Shown: positions 1 through 9,160 of the stretch, piece after piece | Numbering within the stretch: position 1 is the first letter of the stretch | Layout of the letters: each line of letters opens with the position of its first letter | Assembly: GCF_037992945.1 (NCBI RefSeq) | Contig: NZ_CP150304.1 | Location: forward strand, 500,816 to 524,815 | From: Peribacillus sp. FSL E2-0218 | GTDB taxonomy: Bacteria > Bacillota > Bacilli > Bacillales > DSM-1321 | Direction of reading: 5' to 3' | DNA length: 24,000 nucleotides | Translations under genes and position numbers: made by a program | The notes under the pieces: generated by a model | Seen by the model: only the letters and a program-made list of their open reading frames with translations | What the model was told of the DNA's origin: nothing | Database searches by the model: none

Positions 1-126
1 CGGGATTTCTTCCGTTTATCCTCAAAAGGTGAAGTGCTGGCATTCATTTACTTGGGCTTTCCTGACATGGAGCCGAAGCCTGCCAAGAAAACACCGATTG
101 ATCAATTGACCACCTGGATCGGGTGA
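1..126 (+). CDS. 3' end of a nitroreductase-family-like protein (partial, start outside window)
   Basis: Frame 1 is open from base 1 to the TGA at 124-126. It translates to RDFFRLSSKGEVLAFIYLGFPDMEPKPAKKTPIDQLTTWIG, and the (I/L)GFP C-terminal pattern resembles nitroreductase-fold enzymes. A strong terminator follows. Only 41 aa are visible. Confidence 0.4.
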   Translation, partial: RDFFRLSSKGEVLAFIYLGFPDMEPKPAKKTPIDQLTTWIG

Positions 127-134
127 AATGAATG

Positions 135-170
135 GCTGCAGCAGTGAAACATCCTGCTGCAGCTTTTTTT
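135..170 (+). terminator. Rho-independent terminator
   Basis: Perfect 10-bp stem gctgcagcag (135-144) / ctgctgcagc (154-163), 9-nt loop, then 7 T (164-170). Confidence 0.85.
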
Positions 171-279
171 ATTGGAGGGACTTCGGAAAGGACAGGCTTC
201 ATTTCAAGTGACGAGTGCGGATTTAGGTTGTACAATACATAGGAAGAATAAATTATGATGAATTAGGATGTGTCTATAG

Positions 280-786
280 ATGAGAACGATTGATCCATTT
301 GAGATTCTCGATGGAAAAGCGATTAAATTTCTGGATGTTTTTGGCGTCGAGGATGGGATTGCTTTAAAGAGCAAATATGAAGATAAAACGTATTGGATAT
401 ATGATTATTATTGCATGCATCAGTCATGTGACTGTCAGGAAGTGTACCTTGAATTCGTGGAGGCCCGCAAAAACAATAACCAGGCAGGGCAGCATTTTGG
501 GATTCGCGTATCTTTCAGCGATCATAAATTCACCCTAGAGGACTATAATATATCCAAGCAAAAGGCGATGGATATTGCGGAAGACACGTTAAAGTACAGC
601 AACGACATCATGGCGTTATTTAAGCAGCGGTATCAGCAAATGAAGGAAAAAGGAACGCAAATCATCATGGAAAGTGCAAAGGCAGCCAAAATGCCTCATG
701 TTCATACAGAACCAGTTATCGGAAGAAATGAACCATGTCCTTGCGGAAGCGGAAAAAAATACAAAAAATGCTGCGGAGCAGCTTGA
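280..786 (+). CDS. SEC-C motif domain protein (C-terminal zinc-binding [14 protein letters not shown])
   Basis: 168-aa ORF ending in ...[19 protein letters not shown], the canonical SecA-C-terminal-type metal-binding motif. AGGA lies about 10 nt upstream of the ATG. The N-terminal domain is not recognised. Confidence 0.75.
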   Translation: MRTIDPFEILDGKAIKFLDVFGVEDGIALKSKYEDKTYWIYDYYCMHQSCDCQEVYLEFVEARKNNNQAGQHFGIRVSFSDHKFTLEDYNISKQKAMDIAEDTLKYSNDIMALFKQRYQQMKEKGTQIIMESAKAAKMPHVHTEPVIGRNEPCPCGSGKKYKKCCGAA

Positions 787-795
787 TCGATCTTG

Positions 796-829
796 GAGGG
801 TGACTCGAAATAGAGCGCCCTCTTTTTTT
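796..829 (+). terminator. Rho-independent terminator (imperfect stem)
   Basis: gagggtgactc (796-806) pairs with gagcgccctc (813-822) with one bulge and one G-U pair, followed by 7 T (823-829). Confidence 0.65.
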
Positions 830-1092
830 GTAAAAAATTGAAAAAATAGTAGCGAAATAAGAACGTTTGTTCTATAATTGATTATACCAGATATCAACAG
901 ATAAAGAAATAAAAAGTAGGATTTTAGACCGAATTTTCTAAAAACTTCTTTTTTATTTTCAAAAATCTGGTATATATAAGAGAGAAGGTTTTTTTGATCT
1001 CATCTCTTTCAACGGTAGACGGCAACCAGACGGGATGCGAATCCCTGCACTGATGGCAGTTTAACTTAATGAACGAAGGAAGGGGTAATCAA

Positions 1093-2091
1093 ATGACAAG
1101 AGAAAAAAGATTAATACCTTACAAAGTTCTTGAAGTAATGGAAACGGTGAAAGAAAAGATTCCCGAGGGCATCGAGCTTGTGAAAGCCCCTGCAGTTTGG
1201 GAAAAAAGCAATTATGGTGAGGGTGTTGTAGTCGCCGTCATCGATACAGGAATTGATAAGGAGCATCCAGACCTCAAAGAGAGAATCATTGGCGGGAAGG
1301 ATTTTACCAATACCGGAGATTTTCAAGATGATAACGGGCATGGAACACATGTATGCGGTACGATACTGGCTTCCATTAATAACGTTGGTGTAGTGGGAGT
1401 GGCTCCGAAAGCAAGCATTTTGGCCTTGAAGGCCTTGAATGGGCAGGGTCAAGGTGAAATAGATTGGATCAATGGAGCCTTGGAGTATGCGATCAATTGG
1501 CAGGGGCCGAATGAAGAAACGGTTTCGGTCATTTCACTTTCACTTGGGGGGCCGCCGGATGAGGCGGAACATAAGCTGATTCAAAGGGCCATCCAGAAGG
1601 ACATTCTTATTGTTTGTGCGGCTGGGAATAGCGGGGATGGGCGTCATGAAACCGATGAATTGGATTATCCAGGTGCGTATCCAGAGGTAGTGGAAGTCGG
1701 AGCTGTGGATTTAAGCAGAAATTTAGCGGATTTCTCAAATACGAATGATGAAATTGACTTGGTTGCGCCAGGAGTCGATATACTCTCTACGTATCCAGGT
1801 AATAAATATGCCAGACTCAGCGGAACATCAATGGCAACTCCGCATGTAAGCGGTGCAGCAGCTCTCTTGAAAGTGATAGCTGAACAGGACTTTGGCCGCA
1901 AGCTGACAGAGGCAGAATTGTATGCTCAGTTAGTGAAAAGTACGGAAGATTTGGGAATCAGTAAAAAAGCACAAGGCAATGGGCTGCTCAACTTAACCAT
2001 TGCGGACCAAAGGGTTGAAAAATCTATTAAGATTACCATAGAGTCAGAGAACCTTAAATTACCGAGTAAATCAGTGGTCATGGAATACTGA
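1093..2091 (+). CDS. ispA: Intracellular subtilisin-like serine protease (S8 family, ISP type)
   Basis: Catalytic triad contexts AVIDTGID (Asp), HGTHVCGT (His) and GTSMATPHVSG (Ser). There is no signal peptide. The N-terminal extension carries the LIPY motif (REKRLIPYKV) typical of intracellular subtilisins. I prefer the ATG at 1093 (GAAGGAAGGGG SD 7-8 nt upstream) over the ORF-track start at 1069. Confidence 0.88.
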   Translation: MTREKRLIPYKVLEVMETVKEKIPEGIELVKAPAVWEKSNYGEGVVVAVIDTGIDKEHPDLKERIIGGKDFTNTGDFQDDNGHGTHVCGTILASINNVGVVGVAPKASILALKALNGQGQGEIDWINGALEYAINWQGPNEETVSVISLSLGGPPDEAEHKLIQRAIQKDILIVCAAGNSGDGRHETDELDYPGAYPEVVEVGAVDLSRNLADFSNTNDEIDLVAPGVDILSTYPGNKYARLSGTSMATPHVSGAAALLKVIAEQDFGRKLTEAELYAQLVKSTEDLGISKKAQGNGLLNLTIADQRVEKSIKITIESENLKLPSKSVVMEY

Positions 2092-2092
2092 C

Positions 2093-2124
2093 AAAAAAGG
2101 TGTCCCAGGATTCTTGGGACACCT
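2093..2124 (-). terminator. Rho-independent terminator (serves ycnI; hairpin shared with the convergent protease gene)
   Basis: aggtgtccca (2098-2107) / tgggacacct (2115-2124) form a perfect 10-bp stem. The A-run at 2093-2098 gives a U-run on the minus strand. Confidence 0.75.
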
Positions 2125-2136
2125 TACTCAATAATT

Positions 2137-2805
2137 TTATCGTTTATTTTTTCTTAGCGCTGCAATAAGTGCTACAAGGGACAAGATCAGTGCTATGACA
2201 GATAGGGTGATGATCAGTGTTTCATTACCATTACTTTTATCATCTGCTGTTGCCGTGTCCTTTGAATTGTCGGTTGCTTTGGAATCATCGGTTGCAGCTT
2301 CATCTTCGTGCCCGTGATCAGGGGACTCTGCATCAGCCTTTGGGGCTACCGAAATTTGCGTTACTGAATGCGGTAGGGCGGAACCTTCATCACCGCTCCA
2401 TTCGACGATTTCACCATCTTTATAATATTGAAAGGCGTCCCAAGCGACCTTCGTTTCTTCTTTAGGGTTTTGGGCAATGAATGAGAATTGCTGGAATTGT
2501 CCAGCGGATATGCCTTCACCGGTTGCTTCCCAAGTTACCGTTTTAACACGCCCATCCTTATCTCCTTCAGTTGTCACTTTCCATCCTGGTACAGGCTCAT
2601 AGCTTTCAAAGGTAACCCCTTCAGGAACCTTTAAAGTCACTTTCGTTGTCGGCGTTTCTTTTTCGACTGGAACTTTTATCGAGTAGGTTTCCCATGCCTC
2701 AGGGGCAGATGAACTAGGTTTGACAGTAACGTGTGCATTCGCCGAACCAGCGAATATGAGTAATGCTGCAAATGTAGAGATGAGTAGTTTTGTAATGTTT
2801 TTCAT
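2137..2805 (-). CDS. ycnI: YcnI-family (DUF1775) copper-binding membrane-anchored protein
   Basis: The signal peptide ends in ANA followed by HVTVKP, so the mature N-terminus is a His, as in the B. subtilis YcnI Cu site. A beta-rich ectodomain is followed by an acidic linker and a C-terminal TM anchor (LIITLSVIALILSLVALIAAL). It lies 18 nt downstream of ycnJ with its own GGAGGG SD. Confidence 0.85.
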   Translation of the reverse strand: MKNITKLLISTFAALLIFAGSANAHVTVKPSSSAPEAWETYSIKVPVEKETPTTKVTLKVPEGVTFESYEPVPGWKVTTEGDKDGRVKTVTWEATGEGISAGQFQQFSFIAQNPKEETKVAWDAFQYYKDGEIVEWSGDEGSALPHSVTQISVAPKADAESPDHGHEDEAATDDSKATDNSKDTATADDKSNGNETLIITLSVIALILSLVALIAALRKNKR

Positions 2806-2823
2806 CAGTATAATTCCCTCCAG

Positions 2824-4458
2824 TTATGAATTCCCTATAAAAATTGTAAAATCAGCATTGATCGAATCGAGATTTTCCGTTAAACCGTGAACATGAATAT
2901 TCCACTTTCCTGGCAAGGTTAGTATAGACTTTGAGGTGAACTTACCTTTGGTTTTCCCCTGCAATTGCAGCTTTATTTCACCGCCCTGCCCATCTGCAGG
3001 CTGCATCGTGAGGGTTAGCTGCTCGATATCAGCAATTGGCTCACCGCCATTTGCCAGTTCAACTTGAATCCGGTTATCCCCGACTTCATTCGGGGTGACC
3101 ATTAATGTAACCTCATTGTTTTCTTCTGTCTTTATCGTTTTTTCAAATGGTCCGGGAGAAGACATCGCAGTTTGGACATTAGTCAATAGAGCTGCAACAA
3201 GGAGTACTGCCACACCAATTCCAAGCTCGATTCCTGCGCTATAGCCCAGTTTTTTCGTTTGCTTTTTCCCCTTGAGGAAATGCCAGGCACCTAAAACGAT
3301 CATGATTGTCATGAGAACGATTTTCGCAAGCAATAATTGACCATAGGTTGTGTTGAACAAGGAATGGATGGTCGGTACATGCTGCAGGCTGCTATATATG
3401 CCGCTAATGACCAGGATGATTACACATGCGAAAGCCCATCTGGAAAACCTTTGAATGATCGTCCAGTAAAAGATTTTTTTATCCTCCTGGACTGCCTGCC
3501 GGTCGGCTAGCCCAGGCAATATCACCAATAAGGCCATAAGTCCGCCCATCCATAATGCCATCGACAATATGTGGAGGAAATCCATCAAGACGGCGAGAAC
3601 GTGATTAGGAACGGCTGCCGTATGTCCAGTTAAAGCCTTACCAAGCATTAAGAAGGCCGTCAGGATAAAAGAAAGGAAGGGCAGAGCTTTATTCAAGGGA
3701 TTCTCAAGCATGAAATAAAGAGCTAAAAATAGAAGGATCAACATGAGTATTTGAATGATCCAGATGGTACCGAAGCTTGTGCCATTCAGTACTTCCTTGA
3801 TATATGTCCCATTAAAAGCATCCGTCCAGCCCACGCCAGCGTCAATCGTCACCTTTAAAGGCAGGCTGCAGAAGGTGGCAAGAGCTAAACCAATGTAGGA
3901 AATCCATAGATATAGACGTGCTCTTCCGCTAGCTTGAAAAAGGCGGGAGTCCTTCGTTAAAGATAGGCGGAAAAATAGAATACCAGCAACGGCCGCGAAG
4001 CTTATGTATTGAAGGCCTTGCAAGAACACATTTATGGAAGTCGGAAAACCTGCGTTCATTTTTGAATGATCTTGGTCTGATAAGGAGGCTGAGTCGCCGA
4101 ATTGAAAGGGGATTGTCCCTTCGATCGGATGGCCGTCACTCGAGACCACTCTCCATTTAATATAATAAACGCCTTCATCGACAGTGCCTTTCCACTTAGC
4201 TTCCAATATCTTCTCGCTTTGTTCCGATATGGCGCTTTTTTGAACGGGAACCTTCTGTCCATCTTGACTGAAGACTTCAAGCGAATGGAAAGCCGGCTGT
4301 ATATTCTCGCTGAATTGAATGCTGATCTTTTCAGGAAGAGTATCCATGGCTTCATTCGGGCTAGGATTGGAGCTAATTATTGTAGCATGCCCAAAAGCCA
4401 TTGCCGGGTATAGAAATAAGGTAAATAGGCTGATTACCAGCCATAAGTAATTCTTCAT
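2824..4458 (-). CDS. ycnJ: YcnJ-type copper import protein (CopC-CopD fusion with C-terminal YtkA-like domain)
   Basis: Signal peptide followed by HATIISSNPSPNE (CopC N-terminus), then about 8 TM helices (CopD-like) and a soluble beta-rich C-terminal domain. Operon partner of ycnI. Confidence 0.85.
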   Translation of the reverse strand: MKNYLWLVISLFTLFLYPAMAFGHATIISSNPSPNEAMDTLPEKISIQFSENIQPAFHSLEVFSQDGQKVPVQKSAISEQSEKILEAKWKGTVDEGVYYIKWRVVSSDGHPIEGTIPFQFGDSASLSDQDHSKMNAGFPTSINVFLQGLQYISFAAVAGILFFRLSLTKDSRLFQASGRARLYLWISYIGLALATFCSLPLKVTIDAGVGWTDAFNGTYIKEVLNGTSFGTIWIIQILMLILLFLALYFMLENPLNKALPFLSFILTAFLMLGKALTGHTAAVPNHVLAVLMDFLHILSMALWMGGLMALLVILPGLADRQAVQEDKKIFYWTIIQRFSRWAFACVIILVISGIYSSLQHVPTIHSLFNTTYGQLLLAKIVLMTIMIVLGAWHFLKGKKQTKKLGYSAGIELGIGVAVLLVAALLTNVQTAMSSPGPFEKTIKTEENNEVTLMVTPNEVGDNRIQVELANGGEPIADIEQLTLTMQPADGQGGEIKLQLQGKTKGKFTSKSILTLPGKWNIHVHGLTENLDSINADFTIFIGNS

Positions 4459-4767
4459 CTTGGTATGCCATCACCCTTTCATTAGGTTATGTAAGCTTAT
4501 TATAAAAGGAAAATGTGAAAAAACAGTGAAAATAAATGAAGCATCCAAAGGCAGTTTCAAGGCTCGATGGATTTAGCTAACGATAATGTCAAAGTGGACT
4601 GGCTCCAGTCATTATAGACATGTAAATGATAAGTTGACAATGGAAATGGTGCACCTCATTCACCCAGCTTTAGAAATAATTAAGGTTTCTTTAGTATTAT
4701 AACCTTATTATGCTTGCTGGAATCATAGGGGGATACAATGCTTAACCAAGGAGTAAAGGAAAAAAGC

Positions 4768-6024
4768 ATGAAGGTGCTTTTGGCTGGTTCTCTCATTGGC
4801 ATGGGGACATTCACGTACTTGCCTGATGCTAACGCTGCAAAAGCCGGCATCGCACAAGAGGTTAATACGATAAATGTTCTGTCAAAGTTAGAGATAGAAG
4901 GGGCTTCTCTCAATTAAGATTTTTCAGAAAGTGTACATGACTATCGAGCAACAGTCGAGAATGATATTGAAAAGATCGACTTGCATGCCGAAAGTCAAAG
5001 TGAGAATGCCGCCATTTTCGTGAACGGTACGAAGCTGATAAATGGTGTGGCCAGGAACCTGCCTCTTCAAACAGGCATGAATAGGTTTGAAATTACCGTC
5101 AGCGATGGAATTAGTGAGGCGGTTACCTATACCGTCGTAATCGAAAAGCTTGAAAGTGGCGATAATCGCTTAACTTCAATCGGGGTTATCTCAGGGCTCG
5201 CTGGCTTTTAATCCCAATGTATCATCGTATCATGCTTCGGTGGAGAATAAAGTCAAGAGCGTTACGATATCTCCATCCTTGAGTGACCGTGCGGCTCATG
5301 TAGTGGTTAATGGAAAAGATGTAACGAAAAGTGGTGTGGAGGTTCCGCTTCCGATTGGTGACACAGCAGTGAAGATTATCGTGACTGCAGAAAATGGGGA
5401 CGAAAGAACCTACTTGCTTACGATTACGAGGGCTGACGGCAAGAAAACGGAAAAGGAGGAGAAGGATACCTCTCAAGAGGATAAGGGGCAAAAGCAACCA
5501 GCAATCGAAACGCCCCCTTCGACTGGAGCGGTTAAAGCAGATACTCTTTCTGCTCGTACATTTAATGATCAAAAAGCGACAAATGTCAGTCACACAGGAA
5601 AGGCAGCACAGCCTGAAAATGTTTCAATCCAAAAATGAATGCCGGTATAGATAAGGGATCGGCAGCAGAGCGTGTAGAAAAAGAGGATGAAGCTCCTGCA
5701 TTGAACCATTTGACAGCATCAACAGGAGAATGGAATAAACCCTTTCTTTCGAATGAGTATACATACCATATTGAAGTGGATAATGATGTGAACTCTGTGG
5801 AATTGGACGCTGCAACAGGAGCAGATGTGACAGCCATCGAATATGACGGCGGAAATAAAAAAAAGGTGAAGGTAAAGAATAAAGCGAAAACAGCCATTTC
5901 CGTTACCGTTTCAAAAGATGCGAAGCGACGTACTTACGTGCTTGTTTTCGAAAAGGATATGAAAGTGGAATTGGATGAGGAAGAAACTGTGGATGATGCC
6001 AAACAAGAGGAAAAAGGGGATTAA
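4768..6024 (+). pseudogene. Disrupted gene for a secreted protein with three cadherin-like beta-sandwich repeats (1 nonsense + 2 frameshifts)
   Basis: ATG at 4768 with an SD-like AAAGGA and a signal peptide (MKVLLAGSLIGMGTFTYLPDANA). An in-frame TAA at 4915-4917 interrupts a repeat (LEIEGASLN*DFSESVHDYRATVEN). The frame shifts +1 between 5174 and 5208, near the gggg run at 5182-5185 (the repeat continues as GLSQGSLAFNPNVSSYHASVENKVKSVTISP). It shifts back between 5617 and 5635 at an A5 run (continuing as ...ALNHLTASTGEWNKPFLSNEYTYHIEVDNDVNSVELDA). Confidence 0.65.
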
Positions 6025-6072
6025 TTGGGGGGTGGGAGATAAAGTTCAACACGGGCTTTAGGCGATTTTTCC

Positions 6073-6104
6073 TAAAAAAAAGGACAAGTTCCAATACTTG
6101 TCCT
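6073..6104 (-). terminator. Rho-independent terminator of the kinase gene
   Basis: aggacaagt (6081-6089) / acttgtcct (6096-6104) form a 9-bp stem overlapping the stop codon. The A8 run at 6074-6081 gives a U-run on the minus strand. Confidence 0.7.
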
Positions 6105-7734
6105 ACGCTTTGTAAGGTAAAATGATTTCGACTTCGGTTCCGCGATTTAGCTCGCTGTAAAACCGGACCTTCCCCCCGTGTGCTTCAATGATCCTGCAGC
6201 TGACCGTCAAGCCTAGGCCGGTGCCTCTTTCCTTAGAAGAATAGAAAGGCTCTCCAAGATGCTTCAAGCGATTTTTTTCTATTCCACTTCCATTATCTTT
6301 AATGATGATCGAAAGGTTTTTGTCTGTATGCTCGAAGTCGATCCATATCTGGTCGGCGGCAGCCTCCATGGAATTCTTGAGCATGTTTATGAATACTTGC
6401 TTTAGTTGATTTCCCTCACATGAAAGCAGCGGTATGTCATTTTTAACTGATATTGATATTTGGGCGGAGAAGGAGTCCGCTTCTGGCTTCAACAAGGTCT
6501 TGACTTCATTGATCAGTTCCACGATTTGCTGCTTGCTGAAAGGAAGCTCCTGTGGTTTTGCCAGAACGAGTAACTCGCTTACGATCAGATTGATCCGGTC
6601 CAGTTCACTTAGCATAATTGAGTAGTATTGTTCATGGGGATGGTCATTCTTTTTAAGTAATTGTACGAAACCTTTTAATGAAGTCAGCGGGTTCCGTACT
6701 TCATGGGCAACGCTTGCAGCCAGCTCGCCGACTATCGACAGTTTCTCGCTTCTCCTTAACCGTGCTTCGGTTTCCCGGATCTGCGTGACTTCTTTGGCAT
6801 AAGTAATGATCCCGACCAATTCGTCACCAATCATCATGGGGACGAACGTACAAGAAAGCAGGATGGACTTCCCGTATTTCGTTATAAATTGTATATCTTT
6901 CCCTTTTTTGATTCCTTTACGATTTTCCACGACATAGTCGCAGGATGTATGAATCAGTTCTGCATCTTCCGGTGAAAAATCCAGGTTAACGAAGGAGGAG
7001 CCATGGACTTCTTCTTGATGAAAGCCGGTAACCGTTTCAAACCTCGGATTCACGGTGGTGATCAACCCGTTTAAATCAAGCATGAGCATCGGGTATGGAT
7101 TGTGTTCGAACAATGATTTATAACGTTGTTCACTATCGAATAATTGCTTCTCCGCAACAACTCTTTCAGATATATCCCTGCCGATGACGACTAGCCCTTT
7201 TCGGGAACCATCTTCAAAGAACAAGGGAACCTTGATCGTATCAAAGGTTTTGTGATTGCCATCTGGAAGGGGAATGATTTCCTCGCATCTTGTAATTACC
7301 CCTTTCATCCACGTTTCCTCATCGGAAACTTCACAGTAGATCAACGACTCTTTGTAAAATTCAGTGTATTCCGCCAGCTCGCTGTCTTTTTTGCCCTTAT
7401 AATCCACATGCTCCAATTGAAATAATTGAAGTCCAAAGGTATTCGATTCCAGCCATCGCCCATCGCCATCCTTGAAGTTAACGAAATCGACCATCGAATT
7501 AATAAGTGTACGCCGGCGTTGCTCCGCTTCCTTTAATTGCTTGAATTCTTCCCTTTTAGCCAAGTAAAGGTATAAGACCATGCCTATCGATAAAAGAAAG
7601 AAAATGCCTTCCACTCTCTGTAGTTGAATGAAGACCTCTTTGTTTTGAATATTTGTCGTTAAGAAATAGTCGAACACGACTAGTGTAAGAATCCCGGAAA
7701 GGATATATATACTTAAAATGGAACGCTTGGACAT
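6103..7734 (-). CDS. Membrane-bound PAS-domain sensor histidine kinase (Kin/sporulation-kinase-like H-box), no adjacent response regulator
   Basis: Two N-terminal TM segments, two PAS-like regions (…FEHNPYPMLMLDLNGLITTVNPRFETVTGF…), the H-box AASVAHEVRNPLTSLKGFVQLL, and HATPase N/G boxes (NMLKNSMEA, DNGSGI, GTGLGLTV). GGGAG SD 7 nt upstream of the ATG. Confidence 0.85.
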   Translation of the reverse strand: MSKRSILSIYILSGILTLVVFDYFLTTNIQNKEVFIQLQRVEGIFFLLSIGMVLYLYLAKREEFKQLKEAEQRRRTLINSMVDFVNFKDGDGRWLESNTFGLQLFQLEHVDYKGKKDSELAEYTEFYKESLIYCEVSDEETWMKGVITRCEEIIPLPDGNHKTFDTIKVPLFFEDGSRKGLVVIGRDISERVVAEKQLFDSEQRYKSLFEHNPYPMLMLDLNGLITTVNPRFETVTGFHQEEVHGSSFVNLDFSPEDAELIHTSCDYVVENRKGIKKGKDIQFITKYGKSILLSCTFVPMMIGDELVGIITYAKEVTQIRETEARLRRSEKLSIVGELAASVAHEVRNPLTSLKGFVQLLKKNDHPHEQYYSIMLSELDRINLIVSELLVLAKPQELPFSKQQIVELINEVKTLLKPEADSFSAQISISVKNDIPLLSCEGNQLKQVFINMLKNSMEAAADQIWIDFEHTDKNLSIIIKDNGSGIEKNRLKHLGEPFYSSKERGTGLGLTVSCRIIEAHGGKVRFYSELNRGTEVEIILPYKA

Positions 7735-7825
7735 GGAGATTCTCCCTGATTTTAAGACATTGCAATGGTAAAATTACATACACATTTTAACAAACTATCG
7801 AAGAAAAATATATGCACAATCATAA

Positions 7826-7858
7826 ATAAAAAAACAGGAACCTAGGCGGTTACCTGTT
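7826..7858 (-). terminator. Probable rho-independent terminator overlapping the stop of the TVP38-like gene
   Basis: On the minus strand AACAGGTAACC-GCCTA-GGTTCCTGTT (imperfect stem) is followed by TTTTTATTT. Confidence 0.5.
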
Positions 7859-8506
7859 TTTTCGGAAGATGCGTTGGCTCTTTTTCTTTTTCATCCGTTT
7901 GTAGATCATGAAAAATGATAAAAAGAGCAGTGCGAGTGCAGCTAACGTATATTGGTTCATCTCCATAGTTAGCAGGCCATATGGAATCAGCGATAGAAAG
8001 AAAAAGTAAATCAGGTTTCCCAGTGTCGTTGCCAATAAAAAATCCTTGAATGTAACCGAACTGACTCCTGCTGCCAGGTTGATCAGGCTTGTAGGGATAA
8101 GCGGGAAAACCCTTCCGGTAAAGACATACATAAAACCGTGCTCCACAACACTTTCTTGCCATTTTTTATCCAGCTTCTTCAAAAGAAGGTCTTGAAACCA
8201 GTTTCTTGCAGCATAGAAGATCAATCCTGATGCTACTACACTCGTCAACCAACTCCAAAGGTAACCATATAAGAAGCCAAATATCGTGACATTGATCGTC
8301 AGGAGCAAAATTAATGGGATGATCGTAAATGAATTTTGGACAAACATTAATACGAATGTGACCAAAAAGGTGAGCGTGAGGTTTTCCTTCAAGATGCCAA
8401 TAACTGACTCCAGGTCACTTTTCCATACTAAAGTGAATAATTCTGCATTTGTGTAAATGAATATTGCAATACCCAACAGAACAATCAAAGTCAGTAATTT
8501 TTTCAA
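7850..8506 (-). CDS. TVP38/TMEM64 (DedA-related, VTT-domain) family membrane protein
   Basis: 218 aa with 5-6 TM helices. Size, topology, the central region ...GRVFPLIPTSLINLAAGVSSVTFKDFLLATTLG and the basic C-terminal tail fit the SNARE-associated/VTT family. Assignment is by pattern only. Confidence 0.55.
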   Translation of the reverse strand: MKKLLTLIVLLGIAIFIYTNAELFTLVWKSDLESVIGILKENLTLTFLVTFVLMFVQNSFTIIPLILLLTINVTIFGFLYGYLWSWLTSVVASGLIFYAARNWFQDLLLKKLDKKWQESVVEHGFMYVFTGRVFPLIPTSLINLAAGVSSVTFKDFLLATTLGNLIYFFFLSLIPYGLLTMEMNQYTLAALALLFLSFFMIYKRMKKKKSQRIFRKNR

Positions 8507-8556
8507 AGGGTCACCACCATTCTTACTTATAGTTTACCAGCTTCAGGTTCATTGGT

Positions 8557-8594
8557 GAAAAAAGAGCTGTCGCAAAATGCAGACAGCTCTTTTA
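8557..8594 (-). terminator. Rho-independent terminator of queT
   Basis: agagctgtc (8563-8571) / gacagctct (8582-8590) form a 9-bp stem. The flanking A-run at 8557-8563 gives a U-run on the minus strand. Confidence 0.75.
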
Positions 8595-8626
8595 CAGTAT
8601 AGTAGGTTCAGGAAGCGATGATTCCT

Positions 8627-9112
8627 TTAAAGCCACTTTTCAAACTGAATTCTTTTGTTCATTGCATAAATGATTGGCGCACCAACCAAAAGGACAACGA
8701 ATTCACCAACTGCTGTGGTGCCCCAGCTTAACCAAAGCGGTAAGTCCAAGGCAAGGTTCAGTTCTATTGCAATCAAGAACATTGTGAACGTGAAAAAGAT
8801 AATCGTCGCGATCATCCGTCCTTGGATACTTTTAATGAAACGCGAAACAAAAATGACCAGCAGCAGGGCGAGTATGGATTGCCCGACCCCGAAAATCAAG
8901 TCAAACGGAACCATGGGTGAAAATAGCAGATTCGAAATGAATACACCGCCTACGATGCCATAGATGTATTTTTTATTGAATACTATCAGATGGTTCAGCA
9001 TTTCCGGAACCCGGAATTGGTATGCGCCAAAAGATATGGGTTGAAACACGAATGAGACCGCCACATATAAGGCAGCCAAGATCCCGCTTATCACGAGGGT
9101 ACGATTATTCAT
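8627..9112 (-). CDS. queT: QueT-family queuosine-precursor transporter (ECF S-component type)
   Basis: 161-aa protein with about 5 TM helices. It sits immediately downstream of a preQ1-I riboswitch whose 3' tail contains the gene's SD, which is the classic queT arrangement. Confidence 0.8.
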   Translation of the reverse strand: MNNRTLVISGILAALYVAVSFVFQPISFGAYQFRVPEMLNHLIVFNKKYIYGIVGGVFISNLLFSPMVPFDLIFGVGQSILALLLVIFVSRFIKSIQGRMIATIIFFTFTMFLIAIELNLALDLPLWLSWGTTAVGEFVVLLVGAPIIYAMNKRIQFEKWL

Positions 9113-9120
9113 TTTATTCT

Positions 9121-9160
9121 CTCCTAGTTTTTTATCGTGGGATGGTTACGAACCACGTAT
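9121..9160 (-). promoter_or_regulatory. preQ1-I riboswitch (translational, sequesters the queT SD)
   Basis: The minus strand reads ACGUGGUUCGUAACCAUCCCACGAUAAAAAACUAGGAG. P1 is CGUGG/CCACG, and the conserved GGUUC and the A-rich tail AUAAAAAACUA are present. It aligns almost position for position with the B. subtilis queC aptamer AGAGGUUCUAGCUACACCCUCUAUAAAAAACUAAGG. The AGGAG SD is part of the P2/tail, 8 nt from the ATG. Confidence 0.85.

Noticed and set aside
44-235. 63-aa minus-strand ORF
   Set aside because: It runs antisense through the 3' end of the plus-strand gene and straight through its terminator hairpin. It has no SD and a low-complexity product, so it is an ORF-finder artefact.
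900-1068. Possible riboswitch or leader upstream of the intracellular protease gene
   Set aside because: The region is AT-rich with T-runs, but I found no conserved aptamer motif or terminator/antiterminator pair. I treat it as an ordinary promoter region.
5174-5635. Programmed ribosomal frameshifting as an explanation for the +1/-1 frame changes
   Set aside because: I saw no slippery heptamer or stimulatory structure, and the same gene also carries an in-frame TAA. Decay or sequencing error at homopolymers is the simpler explanation.
5394-5654. 86-aa Arg/Lys-rich ORF inside the cadherin-like pseudogene
   Set aside because: It is an alternative frame of the Lys/Glu-rich linker region (AAG/GAA-rich DNA read out of frame) with no independent start signals.
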